Below, in pieces: positions 18,120-28,526 of a stretch of DNA of 45,465 bases. The stretch lies in IMG/VR virus record IMGVR_UViG_3300027798_000072, positions 1 to 45,465 of that record. One strand, written 5' to 3'. The notes under the pieces were generated by a model. It worked only from the letters and a program-made list of their open reading frames with translations. It did not search any database and was not told where the DNA came from. Within the stretch, counting starts at the first letter, position 1. Each line of letters opens with the position of its first letter. A program made the translations under genes and the position numbers. This DNA is from a virus (taxonomy: Duplodnaviria; Caudoviricetes).

Positions 18120-18127
18120 GATAAATA
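18120..18127 (+). promoter_or_regulatory. Putative late promoter box GATAAATA
   Basis: Upstream of the AAGGTG SD and ATG 18148. Confidence 0.7.
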
Positions 18128-18147
18128 CTAGATAAGGTGATATAGAT

Positions 18148-21100
18148 ATGGCACAACAAAATATTGATTTTGGTTCTTTCCCAAATGATCCGGGGGCGGA
18201 TGCGATAAGAACCGCTTTCGAAAAAGTACAACAAAATTTTACAGACTTATATACAACTACTATTTCGTCAGGTGTAACACAAGTTATTACAGGTCCTGGC
18301 CTTGGACAAAATAGACAGACCGGTACTATAACGATATCTGCAAACATTCCCAATATTTCGATACAGACAAGTACGAACTTACGTATTGGAGTAGGGGTAG
18401 CATCGGGTAATACTGCTACTATTAGTAGTTGGGCTACACCGTTTGTAATAGATTTATCAAGTAATATAGCAACAGCAAATGCAACAATTGGTAATATAAC
18501 AGTTGCTAATTTAAACGTAACAAATCGTGTCACATCAAGTTTAGTTCCCAGTATAGATGTAACATATAATTTAGGTAGTCCAACAAGACGTTGGAAAGAT
18601 TTGTATCTAAGTGGAAACACAATTGATCTGGGCGGTTCATTAATTTCTGCAACAGGTGGTGTTGTAAGTGTGCCGTCATTGACAGCAATAACAGCAATAA
18701 CTTCACCAAGTGTAATTGCAACTAGCGTGGTGACTCCTACTATTACTATTGGTAATTTAAACATAACCAATAATGGTTACAATATTATAATGCCAGCACT
18801 ACAAGTTGGTAATACTGTTTTAAATCCTAGTGGTCTTACTGTAAGTGGAAACGTAAATGCAGGTAATGTATCTGCCGGCTTTATTCAAGGAGAACTAACT
18901 ACATCAAGTCAACCGGGTATTACAACTGTTGGTATATTAGAAGGATTAACTGTCACTGGTGACATGACTACTGGTAATATGATTATTACTGGTAGTACTA
19001 CAGTGGACGGTAATGTCTCTGTCACTGGTGCATTTAGTGCTCCTACTATTACCGGTAACGTTATTATCCCAGCCGGCTCATCATTACAAGCTCCGGGTTC
19101 AACCGGACAGATTACATTTAATGATGGTGGTAACTCTGCGGCGGTTCCCGGATTAACTTTTGATAAGACTAGTAATCTATTAAGTATTTCAGGTAATGTA
19201 TCAGGTGGAAACTTAGTATCAACCGGTGCATTAAGTTTAACTAAAGATGCAAACATCGGCGGTAACGTTAAATCAGCTAATTTATTAACAGGTCGTGTTG
19301 AAGCGACCAGTATCATATCATCCGGTGGTAGTAATGTTGTATTAGATCCTGCAGGTACAGTAAGTGCTATTGGTAATATTAGTGGTGGCAATATATCAAC
19401 CACCGGAACAGTTTCAGCTAACGTAATAGGTGTCACTACATTAAATGCTAGTGGTAATGCAACTATTACAGGTAATGCAACGGTAGGCAATATATCAACC
19501 ACCGGAACAGCTAGTGTTGGATTACTATCTAGCGGTAATGCAACTGTCACCGGTAATATATCAGCTGGTAATTTGTCATCTGATGGATTTGCTAGTATTG
19601 GCGGAACAATAACTGCTGGTAATTTATCAACTGGTGGATTTGCTAGTGTTGGTAGTTTATTAACTAGCGGTACTGCTAACGTTGGATTATTAGTATCTAC
19701 CGGTGGTGCCAATATAACAGGTACTGTTACAGCAGGGGCAATCAGTACTGGTAATTTATCTGCGGCTAATCTTACTACCGATGGCAATTTAACTGCTGCC
19801 AATGTTAGTGTTGGGCTTGGTACTATTGCCGCAGGAAATATTAATACAACCGGTAGACATACTACAAACGAACTTGTTGTTAGTACTAATGCTAATATTC
19901 AAGGTACACATCGTGCATTGATAGGATTTACTACAGGGACTCATACTGCTGGTAATTTCTTTACATCAGGTGAATCAAATGTTGGTAGTCACAAAGCAGG
20001 TAGTAGTATTACTACCGGATTACATACTGCAAGCATATTACAAATTGATACTAATGCAACAATCACTGGTAACGGTAGTCTTGGTAATGCAAGTATAGTA
20101 GGATTATTAACCAGTCTTAATGCAAATATTACCGGAACACACTCTGCAACTACTACAGTAACTAGAGGTACTCATACCGCAAATACATTAACGGTTAACA
20201 CAAATGCTACCATCACCGGTAATAGTAGTCACGGTAATATAAACGTTCTTGGGTTACATACTACCGTAGACGCAAACGTAACCGGATTACATAAAGCCGC
20301 AACAAGCGAAACAGTAGGTACACATACTGCACGTGATTTAAAAATTAACGCTGATGCTGAAATTACTGGTAATAGTACTCACGGTAATGCAAGTGTCATA
20401 GGTACATTAACTACTAATGATGCCAATGTTACGGGAACTCACTCCTCAACTACTACTATAACTAGAGGTACGCATACCGCAAATACATTAAGTATTAATT
20501 TAAATGCATCAGTGGCCGGCACACACACTGTAGGGACTGCAGGTGCTAATGTTGTAATGACTGGCGGTAATTTAACAATGACTGGCAGACATACTACTAC
20601 CAATGCAAACGTAACCGGCATACATTTTGTAGGTGATAGTTCTAGTAACGTTGTAATGACTGGTGGTAATTTAACAATGACCGGTCGACATACTACTAGT
20701 AATGCTAACGTCACTGGTACACATTATGTAGGTAATTCTACTGCTTATACTAGTATGAGTGCAGGTAATCTTAATATGACCGGTACACACACAGCTGGTT
20801 ATATTGTTATTGACAATGATAGTGAAACTAAAGGCAAACATAAGGCATTAAACTTGCAAGTTACAAATAATGCTAACTTTGATGCAAGTATGTTTGTTAC
20901 AAATGATGCTAACGTTGGTAGTATGAAAGTCAGAGGAGATCATACTGTAAACGGTAATGTTATTTCAGATAAATTTAGCGGTAACACTGCGACATTTGGT
21001 AGTACACCCGGGGCTGCCGGAACTAGTTTAACAGTTAACGGTGTATTGTCATTGCAAGGTAATGCAAGCATTGGTAATATTACTGCTATTAATAGTGTTA

Positions 21101-22737
21101 CTGGTGGTATTATTTCTCTTACTGGAAATGCAACCGGTACTGCACTAGTAGCGGCTGGATTAGTACGTGTGGGCGGAAAACATTCAGTAACACAAGAAAT
21201 TACAGTCGGGGTATCAGTCTCAGTATCACAAGCTACTGCAGCCGGAGGTATAATAACATTAACATTCGCAGACCAAGGTATTGCTCCTTTCTATGTTGGA
21301 CAAAAAATAGTATTAAAGAGTTTTGTACCAATCGGATATAATTTAGAATATACTGTACTAACTTGTAACACAACTACAGTAACAATGGCAGGAACAAATG
21401 GTACTATTACAACACTGGGCACGGTAGAATCAAGCGGTAATGGTTTAGTAGTTAGTGGTAATCTTGTTGGTGGCAGTATGATTCTTGCCGGTAGCCACAA
21501 TGTTAGTGGTAAAATCACTGGTCAAAATGGATTGGATGTAACGTCCGGGGTAGCTAATTTCCAAGGTGGATTAAAATCATTAGATGGTACATTTACAGGT
21601 AAAGTAGACATTAACGGGAATACATCACTGTATGCTAACGGTGATGTTGCTGGTAAAATATTTACTGCAACATTGTTTACTGGTAATGGTTCAAGTATAA
21701 CTAATTTGAAGGGGGTAAATATTGATAATAGCAGTATTGATGCTACTCTTAAATTAACTAACTTAGCAACTGCTGTTTCTACATTAAGTGTTGCAAGTGC
21801 TACTAGTTCAGGTAATATAACAACAGTTAACGGGTTACCTTCAGGTGTATATACTAATATTACTGGTGTCGGAACATTAGGTAGTTTAACATTGGGTGGT
21901 GCATTTAGCAGTAATAGTACTGTTACTGCTACTAGCTTTAGTGGTGATGGTGCAAGTTTATCTAACGTAGTTGCAAAAAGTGTCGCAGCCGCAAATATTA
22001 CCGGACAATCTGGTATGTGGAAATCATCACTTCGCCCAGGCGCAACACGATTATATCGTTCCGAGGATAATAGCAATTATAATTTACAAAATTATTGGAC
22101 AGGTACACATTGGTTCTTGCGTGGATATCAAGGTGATGTAGATGCTACATCAACTACAACTATACATGCTGAGGTGAGAGTAGGTTATGCTGACAGTGCA
22201 GGTAGTGCGGGTAGTGCGGGTAGTGTACCGTGGACTGGTGTGACAGGTAAACCTACTTCTTTAAGTTCATTTACGAATGAGCCAGGATATTTAACAACAC
22301 AGTATACTCCACCACAAGCAATTGGCACCGGTGCTAGTGTTCAATTTAGTTCTTTGGGCATTGGTACCGCACCCGTGTCAGCCGGACAAATTCATGCTAC
22401 TAACAATATTACTGCGTATTATTCTGATGACAGATTAAAAACTAAACTTGGTAATATTGAAAATGCACTAGATAAGATTGATGAACTAAGTGGTTTCTAT
22501 TATGAAGAAAATGAATTAGCAGAGTCATTAGGGTATACTAAACATCGTCAAGTTGGTGTGTCCGCACAACAAGTTCAAACACAACTTCCTGATTGTGACA
22601 TAGTTGTACCCGCACCAATTGACAATAAATACTGGACTGTACATTATGAAAGATTAATTCCATTATTAATTGAAGGTATCAAAGAACTACGTGCAGAAGT
22701 TAAAGAAATAAAAAATACATTGGAAGGTAAAAAATGA
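18148..22737 (+). CDS. Long tail fibre with C-terminal intramolecular chaperone (peptidase S74)
   Basis: N-terminal PNDPGADAIRTAFEKVQQNFTDLY anchor; G/T/N/V beta repeats; AYYSDDRLK..GVSAQQVQ..VHYERLIPLLIEGIKEL chaperone domain. Confidence 0.9.
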   Translation: MAQQNIDFGSFPNDPGADAIRTAFEKVQQNFTDLYTTTISSGVTQVITGPGLGQNRQTGTITISANIPNISIQTSTNLRIGVGVASGNTATISSWATPFVIDLSSNIATANATIGNITVANLNVTNRVTSSLVPSIDVTYNLGSPTRRWKDLYLSGNTIDLGGSLISATGGVVSVPSLTAITAITSPSVIATSVVTPTITIGNLNITNNGYNIIMPALQVGNTVLNPSGLTVSGNVNAGNVSAGFIQGELTTSSQPGITTVGILEGLTVTGDMTTGNMIITGSTTVDGNVSVTGAFSAPTITGNVIIPAGSSLQAPGSTGQITFNDGGNSAAVPGLTFDKTSNLLSISGNVSGGNLVSTGALSLTKDANIGGNVKSANLLTGRVEATSIISSGGSNVVLDPAGTVSAIGNISGGNISTTGTVSANVIGVTTLNASGNATITGNATVGNISTTGTASVGLLSSGNATVTGNISAGNLSSDGFASIGGTITAGNLSTGGFASVGSLLTSGTANVGLLVSTGGANITGTVTAGAISTGNLSAANLTTDGNLTAANVSVGLGTIAAGNINTTGRHTTNELVVSTNANIQGTHRALIGFTTGTHTAGNFFTSGESNVGSHKAGSSITTGLHTASILQIDTNATITGNGSLGNASIVGLLTSLNANITGTHSATTTVTRGTHTANTLTVNTNATITGNSSHGNINVLGLHTTVDANVTGLHKAATSETVGTHTARDLKINADAEITGNSTHGNASVIGTLTTNDANVTGTHSSTTTITRGTHTANTLSINLNASVAGTHTVGTAGANVVMTGGNLTMTGRHTTTNANVTGIHFVGDSSSNVVMTGGNLTMTGRHTTSNANVTGTHYVGNSTAYTSMSAGNLNMTGTHTAGYIVIDNDSETKGKHKALNLQVTNNANFDASMFVTNDANVGSMKVRGDHTVNGNVISDKFSGNTATFGSTPGAAGTSLTVNGVLSLQGNASIGNITAINSVTGGIISLTGNATGTALVAAGLVRVGGKHSVTQEITVGVSVSVSQATAAGGIITLTFADQGIAPFYVGQKIVLKSFVPIGYNLEYTVLTCNTTTVTMAGTNGTITTLGTVESSGNGLVVSGNLVGGSMILAGSHNVSGKITGQNGLDVTSGVANFQGGLKSLDGTFTGKVDINGNTSLYANGDVAGKIFTATLFTGNGSSITNLKGVNIDNSSIDATLKLTNLATAVSTLSVASATSSGNITTVNGLPSGVYTNITGVGTLGSLTLGGAFSSNSTVTATSFSGDGASLSNVVAKSVAAANITGQSGMWKSSLRPGATRLYRSEDNSNYNLQNYWTGTHWFLRGYQGDVDATSTTTIHAEVRVGYADSAGSAGSAGSVPWTGVTGKPTSLSSFTNEPGYLTTQYTPPQAIGTGASVQFSSLGIGTAPVSAGQIHATNNITAYYSDDRLKTKLGNIENALDKIDELSGFYYEENELAESLGYTKHRQVGVSAQQVQTQLPDCDIVVPAPIDNKYWTVHYERLIPLLIEGIKELRAEVKEIKNTLEGKK
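19387..20718 (+). repeat. Internal coding duplications in the tail fibre
   Basis: Exact 25-mer GGCAATATATCAACCACCGGAACAG at 19387 and 19486; near-repeats about 20119-20190 vs 20419-20490 (300-nt period) and 20548-20619 vs 20647-20718 (99-nt period). Confidence 0.8.
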
Positions 22738-23357
22738 TAACAGTAGAATTATTACAAAAATTGTGCCCAAAGACTAAAAAGTCAGTACTTGAATTATATG
22801 CAATACCATTGCATGAGGTAGCAGAATATTATGATATGTATGATAACATGCATCGTGCGGCTGCATTCGTTGCACAAACTGCACATGAGTCAGGTGGTTT
22901 TAATTTCGTTAAAGAAAATTTAAACTACAGTGCTAAGGGTTTGATGGGTACTTTCAAAAAATATTTCCCCACAGAAGAATTCGCAAAACAATATGAACGT
23001 AAGCCTGAAAAAATTGCTAATCGTGTATATGCCAATCGTATGAGTAACGGTGATGAGGCCTCAGGTGATGGTTATCGTTTCTGTGGACGAGGGTTAATAC
23101 AACTAACCGGTCGTGCTAATTATACTAAATTTGCAGAAGATCTGGGTATCAGTATTGAGGAAACAGTCGAATATCTAGAAACTCCCGCAGGTGCAGTATC
23201 TAGTGCAGGTTGGTTCTGGGATAATAACAATTTAAATAGCATCTGCGATAAAGATGATTTTGTTTTGTTAACTAAACGCATTAACGGCGGTACAATTGGT
23301 TTAGAAGATAGAAAACATCATTACCATATAGCGTTAGATTTACTAGAAGGACATTAA
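22734..23357 (+). CDS. Glycoside hydrolase family 19 endolysin
   Basis: AAFVAQTAHESGGF..ENLNYS, GRGLIQLTGRANY, SAGWFW and TKRINGGTIGLEDR motifs. Confidence 0.93.
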   Translation: MITVELLQKLCPKTKKSVLELYAIPLHEVAEYYDMYDNMHRAAAFVAQTAHESGGFNFVKENLNYSAKGLMGTFKKYFPTEEFAKQYERKPEKIANRVYANRMSNGDEASGDGYRFCGRGLIQLTGRANYTKFAEDLGISIEETVEYLETPAGAVSSAGWFWDNNNLNSICDKDDFVLLTKRINGGTIGLEDRKHHYHIALDLLEGH

Positions 23358-23358
23358 T

Positions 23359-25533
23359 ATGTCAGAGCCAACATGGCATACCCCATCCGGAGATTTAGGT
23401 AAATATTCTAGTAACCAACCATTAAAAATACAATTATCTGCATTTCCTGTATCTCCTGCAACACGCATTCATTATGAAGTTGTAAGTGGGTATCTACCTG
23501 AAGGTGTTGACACCAAACCAGTACAAATTGAATTATATAGTGGTTACTTAACCGGTACTCCAAAAGTTATTGCTACCGAAACTATATTCAACTTCACAGT
23601 AAGGGCAATAGACGAATTTAATAATATAGCCGATAGAACCTTCTATGTTACTTTAGTAGGATCCGGAGCTCCTAAATTTACTACTAAACCCGGTAAGATA
23701 TTAGATGTAGTAGATAGTATATTTTTTGACTATCAAATACAATATCATAATGATATTCCTGAACTTGAAACAGTAATATCATTAGCAGCCGGATCATTGC
23801 CCCCGGGCCTACAGCTATTGTCAACTGGTAGAATATTGGGTTACCCTAGAGCACCTTTATTATTCGATGGCAGTCCCACTACTAGAACGTATACATTCAC
23901 GTTGCAATTATTCAATTCATTGGGAATTGATAATGTAACATACTCTATTGGGGTAAAAAATCACAGATTAAATAATCCACCCAACTCTAGAAATCCGGCA
24001 ATATTAAATTCAACCCCGTTAGTATATCCAATATCAAAAACAGATAGTTACTATAATTATTATTTACCACCCAATGGCATGTTACCAGATTTCACAACAG
24101 GTGATTTCTTTTCATTTAAAGTAATAGGGCATGATTTTGATAATAATCAAATAACGTACAAGTACTTAAAACTTCCACCTGGTTTAACCGGAGATGTAAC
24201 TACAGGATGGATAACAGGTACGCCAACACTGCCAGCAGCCGGTTTAGTAAATTATGAATTTAGTGTAGTAGTACAAAAAGCCACTAACGAATTTATTAAT
24301 AGCGGGATACACACTTTTAAACTCACTGTTATAAATCAAGTTGCCAGAGACATTCAATGGGTTAGTTCAAGTGACTTAGGATCTATCAATAACGGTGCTA
24401 TAAGTCAGTTATACGTGCAAGCCTCATCTAACTATACGTTAAAATATAAAATAGAATATGGTAGTCTACCGTTACATTTAGAATTATTAGACACCGGTGA
24501 ATTAGTAGGTAGAATAGCAGAACAACCTACAACAAAGTTATTATCAGCTGGATCATCAACTAATTATAAATTTGCAATTACTGCATATAGTTCTCAGTAC
24601 CCGTTGCTTAGATCAACCAAAGAATTCTTATTGAGTGTTTATCAAAAATATCCTATACCTTTAGAAAACATCTATATAAAGGCTTCAAGTAATATAGCCG
24701 GAAAAAGATTAATAAAATCGTTATTAACAGATGAAACTGTAATACCCTCACCAGTTTTATATAGACCGAATGACCCTTATTTTGGCAAAGCAACTAGCGT
24801 AAATTATATTCATGCTTATGGTATGAAAGCAACAGATGTGCAAAACTATACAAATGCTATTCAACAAAGTCATTATGAACGTAAGATATTATTGGGAGAT
24901 TATAAAATTGCTGTTGCAAGAGACAGTAACTCTAATATTATATATGAAGTTATATACAGTGAAATTATTGATGACCTAGTTAATTCATATGGGGAAAGCA
25001 TACCGAAAGAAATCAGATGGCCAAAGTACGTGAGTCTTAAACAAGGCCCATACACAATTAATAATAGAGACTTACACATTAGTTATAGAAATTACAATGT
25101 TAATCTTTCTCCGGGAAAAACTAATAAATTATATCCAGCTAGCCTCCCCAACATGCGTAATGAAGTAACCACTAATATTGGGCAGGATAATGATATTGAA
25201 TTATTACCAAAGTGGATGACCAGTCAACAACTAGACGGCGGGACATTGGGTTATATTCCTGCCTGGGTTATTTGCTATGTAATTCCAGGTTACGGAGAAC
25301 TAGTTGTAAATAACATCATTAATAGATGGGGACATACATTGAATGAGATAGAATTTATTGTTGATAGATATTTGATTGACAAGAGTACTAGTTATAATTG
25401 GAACACTAACTTATCTGTTCCGGCATGGAACGAATTACCAAGCGCAAACCCTGTACCAAACCCATTAGATAAACATGACATAACTGTTATTTTTCCTAGA
25501 AAAACAATTATGCCGGGTAGTTACGAACAATAA
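23359..25533 (+). CDS. Virion structural protein with putative Ig domains
   Basis: Repeated G.LP.GL.L...G.I.G.P...Y.F.V motifs; LLPKWMTSQQ C-terminal block. Confidence 0.7.
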   Translation: MSEPTWHTPSGDLGKYSSNQPLKIQLSAFPVSPATRIHYEVVSGYLPEGVDTKPVQIELYSGYLTGTPKVIATETIFNFTVRAIDEFNNIADRTFYVTLVGSGAPKFTTKPGKILDVVDSIFFDYQIQYHNDIPELETVISLAAGSLPPGLQLLSTGRILGYPRAPLLFDGSPTTRTYTFTLQLFNSLGIDNVTYSIGVKNHRLNNPPNSRNPAILNSTPLVYPISKTDSYYNYYLPPNGMLPDFTTGDFFSFKVIGHDFDNNQITYKYLKLPPGLTGDVTTGWITGTPTLPAAGLVNYEFSVVVQKATNEFINSGIHTFKLTVINQVARDIQWVSSSDLGSINNGAISQLYVQASSNYTLKYKIEYGSLPLHLELLDTGELVGRIAEQPTTKLLSAGSSTNYKFAITAYSSQYPLLRSTKEFLLSVYQKYPIPLENIYIKASSNIAGKRLIKSLLTDETVIPSPVLYRPNDPYFGKATSVNYIHAYGMKATDVQNYTNAIQQSHYERKILLGDYKIAVARDSNSNIIYEVIYSEIIDDLVNSYGESIPKEIRWPKYVSLKQGPYTINNRDLHISYRNYNVNLSPGKTNKLYPASLPNMRNEVTTNIGQDNDIELLPKWMTSQQLDGGTLGYIPAWVICYVIPGYGELVVNNIINRWGHTLNEIEFIVDRYLIDKSTSYNWNTNLSVPAWNELPSANPVPNPLDKHDITVIFPRKTIMPGSYEQ

Positions 25534-25553
25534 ATATAAAAAGAGATTAAAGT

Positions 25554-26423
25554 ATGAGCAACATAAACACAAATTCAATAGATGCAAACTACCCAACCCC
25601 GGGCATAAACAACAGTACTCAGGGTTTTAGGGATAATTTTTCTATTATCAAATCAAATTTAGATACTGCGTCATCTGAACTTTCAGACCTGCAAAACAAA
25701 GTAATTCTAAAATCTGCATTAAACGGTTCTGCGCTCGACAATGATATGGCTAACGTTATTGTTAGTAATATGGCAACTAAGGGTTTTCGCAGTACTAGTT
25801 ATAATATGGGAGGATCAATGCCAGTTGATCCAGAAACTATTATTGTAGATGTTAGTAAAGCAGATGTGCATTTTGGAGTGGTTGTGGGCGATACTAACTT
25901 TATTCTAGCTGGGTGGAGCCCTAGCCTCACACTGAGTAGCATTGAATTACGTTTGTTTATTGCTCAACCTACTGCAAAATTAAATTTCCCAAACACTAGT
26001 TACAATAGTAGTGGTGATATAACTTTGGGTTGTACTGGTAGCATACGTTCATGTGAAAATTATAGCAGTAGGTTAATGAACGGTACTCCAATTCAAATAA
26101 CAGTTGATACTAATGTTGCCCCCGGTGGAGTAGGAATAGTTCATACCAATACTATCGGTGTGCCTGCAGGCGCCAAAGAAATTCAATTGAGATTGTCTAG
26201 TCTAGATTGCGGAGCAACTATTGATGTACAACCATTAAATAGACCACGTAAAACTAGTTCGATTGAGATTAGAACCCCGACTGGATTGGGTAAACAAGGT
26301 GATACCAAAGGTAGTATATGCACCGACGGCACACGTATATACGTATGTAGTGCTAACTACGACGGCTCCACAACTATTTGGAAAATGACCGCTGACGGTG
26401 CTCTAGTAAACGCACCCACTTAA
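25554..26423 (+). CDS. Virion structural protein (baseplate/fibre-associated)
   Basis: YPTPGINNSTQGFRDNF N-terminus; G..GD.KGSI..D...IYVC C-terminus; AATAAATA box at 25529-25536. Confidence 0.6.
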   Translation: MSNINTNSIDANYPTPGINNSTQGFRDNFSIIKSNLDTASSELSDLQNKVILKSALNGSALDNDMANVIVSNMATKGFRSTSYNMGGSMPVDPETIIVDVSKADVHFGVVVGDTNFILAGWSPSLTLSSIELRLFIAQPTAKLNFPNTSYNSSGDITLGCTGSIRSCENYSSRLMNGTPIQITVDTNVAPGGVGIVHTNTIGVPAGAKEIQLRLSSLDCGATIDVQPLNRPRKTSSIEIRTPTGLGKQGDTKGSICTDGTRIYVCSANYDGSTTIWKMTADGALVNAPT

Positions 26424-26458
26424 AATTTCGCTGTGCCTATTTGCATCTAAATATTTAC

Positions 26459-26695
26459 ATGCAACATCCGTTTATCAATGATTTATCTCATCTTTCTATA
26501 GAAGATTTGCAGGATAAAATTACTGACCTAACCAGCAAACTATCCTTTTCATCTAGGATGAATAACCAAGCCATGAATCATCAGATTATAATGGTTTTGG
26601 ATAGTTATAGAACGGAATACAATAAACGAATGGATGATATTTACAAAAAGCAAAACATCCAAAATAAAATTCAAATTCAAAAAGATAAACAATGA
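26459..26695 (+). CDS. Hypothetical coiled-coil protein
   Basis: Start set at MQHPF (26459), 5 nt after TAAATA (26448-26453). Confidence 0.65.
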   Translation: MQHPFINDLSHLSIEDLQDKITDLTSKLSFSSRMNNQAMNHQIIMVLDSYRTEYNKRMDDIYKKQNIQNKIQIQKDKQ

Positions 26696-27309
26696 CAGCA
26701 AGAATATATCGTAGCTTTGACCTACAAATGGGTGTACACTTTACAGGTGAATTTTATATGAATCTATATGATATTGACCTCAATTTTAATGTAGAGACAT
26801 CATCCATCAAAGAACAAAATATAGCATTAGACAGAATAAAATATTATCTAAGCGACTGTTTGGAACATAGTGTACTTGTACATGATGTAGAGACTAAAAC
26901 GATTGAAAAATATTTAAATGCTGATATGAGAGTATGTGTTTTACCTGAAGAACCATATGACCAAATTGTGGGTATTATGCTTTTAGAAAAATTAAACGCA
27001 ATCACAGAGGGTAGGCTAGTAATCACTGACATATCGATTGGTTCTAGGATGAGCGATAATGTTAGTTGCTTACATAGCTTAGAAGACAACACCGGCCCGT
27101 TTGCAGTAAAAAGTTGGTGGAATGATTCCTCAACCAAAATAAACAATTATACCGTTTCTGGTAAAGGTAATAAGATTGTAAAACTACACAAACCCACTAC
27201 AGATTGGTATGAAGTCAATTTGGAATACAAAGAAAAAGAACCATTTATAAAGAATACGAGTAGCAGTGAAATTGTATTTGCCAATTTTGATAACAAAACG
27301 GACAAATAA
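26692..27309 (+). CDS. Hypothetical protein
   Basis: 205-aa ORF with ATGA overlap to the upstream gene. Confidence 0.7.
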   Translation: MTARIYRSFDLQMGVHFTGEFYMNLYDIDLNFNVETSSIKEQNIALDRIKYYLSDCLEHSVLVHDVETKTIEKYLNADMRVCVLPEEPYDQIVGIMLLEKLNAITEGRLVITDISIGSRMSDNVSCLHSLEDNTGPFAVKSWWNDSSTKINNYTVSGKGNKIVKLHKPTTDWYEVNLEYKEKEPFIKNTSSSEIVFANFDNKTDK

Positions 27310-27312
27310 AAT

Positions 27313-27342
27313 TTGACAATTCAATGATTACTATAGTATAAT
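27313..27342 (+). promoter_or_regulatory. Sigma70-type promoter
   Basis: TTGACA (27313-27318), 18-nt spacer, TATAAT (27337-27342); ATG only 5 nt downstream. Confidence 0.7.
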
Positions 27343-27347
27343 ATGTT

Positions 27348-27854
27348 ATGCACACTGACATATATGGTAGACAAGTATTAGAAGAAATAGATATTTGTGT
27401 AGCCTACCTAAAAAATCCAAACTTGCAACTATATAATGGGCTTGTCAGTTCATCTATAGATTTTAGCGATGATTTAGAGTTAACAAACAAACCGGTTTTA
27501 GAAGTATACAAACCCTTAGATATATCAATTACAGAATTTGACTGTCATTTGCATGACAATTGGTATATGCCCGATGAATATAAAACTTTAGATATTGCTA
27601 AATGGGTATTAGATTTGTGTGTGACAGAACATGAATTACAACGTGTTGGGCAAGAATTAATAATGTTTCAAGAACGGAACATGTTTTCATTGTTGCGATA
27701 TTGTAAGTATCTAGTAGATACTATGAAAACACACAGTGTCGTTTGGGGAGTAGGTAGGGGAAGTAGCGTAAGTAGTTATGTTCTTTACCTATTAGGTATA
27801 CATAGGATAAATAGTATTCAATATGATTTATCCATAGATGAGTTTTTAAAATAA
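27348..27854 (+). CDS. dnaE: DNA polymerase III alpha-like fragment (stand-alone)
   Basis: WGVGRGSSVSSYVLYLLGIHRINSIQYDLSIDEFLK matches the DnaE GRGS..LGIT..YDL.FERFL motif; only 168 aa long. Confidence 0.75.
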   Translation: MHTDIYGRQVLEEIDICVAYLKNPNLQLYNGLVSSSIDFSDDLELTNKPVLEVYKPLDISITEFDCHLHDNWYMPDEYKTLDIAKWVLDLCVTEHELQRVGQELIMFQERNMFSLLRYCKYLVDTMKTHSVVWGVGRGSSVSSYVLYLLGIHRINSIQYDLSIDEFLK

Positions 27855-27863
27855 GGAGTACAT

Positions 27864-28157
27864 ATGGTTAATAAATCAGCACTAGGAAAATCAATAGATA
27901 TGGCGTCAATTGCAAGACGCAATGAAAAAGTAAGAGCCGTCGGTAATATGAATGTTAATGCCCGAGGAGATATTCTAAATAGCAACAATGAAGTAATTAC
28001 TGATGCTACACAACGGGTTAGACGAAAATATAATCAGACTGTAATTAATCAGGGCACAAATATCCCAATCGGAGAACATGTACCTATACCCCCAGATGAT
28101 AGCCTCACTGAGGAAGAAAAAGAATTATTTAAAGATGATGAGGATGTAGTAAAGTGA
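27864..28157 (+). CDS. Hypothetical protein
   Basis: AAGGAG SD; 97 aa containing AVGNMNVNARGD. Confidence 0.75.
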   Translation: MVNKSALGKSIDMASIARRNEKVRAVGNMNVNARGDILNSNNEVITDATQRVRRKYNQTVINQGTNIPIGEHVPIPPDDSLTEEEKELFKDDEDVVK

Positions 28158-28525
28158 AATTAGCATTCGAACCACACAAATTTAATAGAAGCCAATTCAA
28201 ACCATTGGGGAAACATATAATTGTAGCAGATATGCAATTTAGTGAACGTATTACGTCTGCTGGAATTGTATTACTAAACGATGATATGCGTAGTGAAGGC
28301 ATTAGACCACGTTGGGCACAAGTATATGCATTAGGTCCTGAGTTTACGGATAATGACATTGAAGTGGGTAAATGGATTTATATTAGTCATGGACGTTGGA
28401 CAAGGGGTATAGATATCGAAGATGAAACGGGTAAACACACGTTGCGTAGAGTCGATTCTAATGATATACTTCTTATATCAGACGAACCCGTCAATGATTT
28501 AACAATGAGTGATAAAGGATTTTAA
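28154..28525 (+). CDS. groES: GroES-like co-chaperonin
   Basis: KPLGKHIIV..ERITSAGIVL mobile loop, VYALGP..IEVG..I, and DILL C-terminus; GTG start with GAGG SD. Confidence 0.8.
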   Translation: MKLAFEPHKFNRSQFKPLGKHIIVADMQFSERITSAGIVLLNDDMRSEGIRPRWAQVYALGPEFTDNDIEVGKWIYISHGRWTRGIDIEDETGKHTLRRVDSNDILLISDEPVNDLTMSDKGF

Positions 28526-28526
28526 A

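Noticed and set aside
18114-22076. Long - strand ORFs (18114-18770, 18909-19802, 21522-22076 and others)
   Set aside because: Antisense shadows of the G/T/N/V-rich fibre gene; no SD and a mirror-image composition.
22195-22224. Short tandem repeat encoding SAGSAGSAGS
   Set aside because: A common low-complexity fibre linker; a 9-nt unit would not shift frame.
27348-28157. Split intein or frameshift continuing dnaE
   Set aside because: No intein N-terminal motif at the fragment end, and the downstream ORF does not resemble the DnaE catalytic region.
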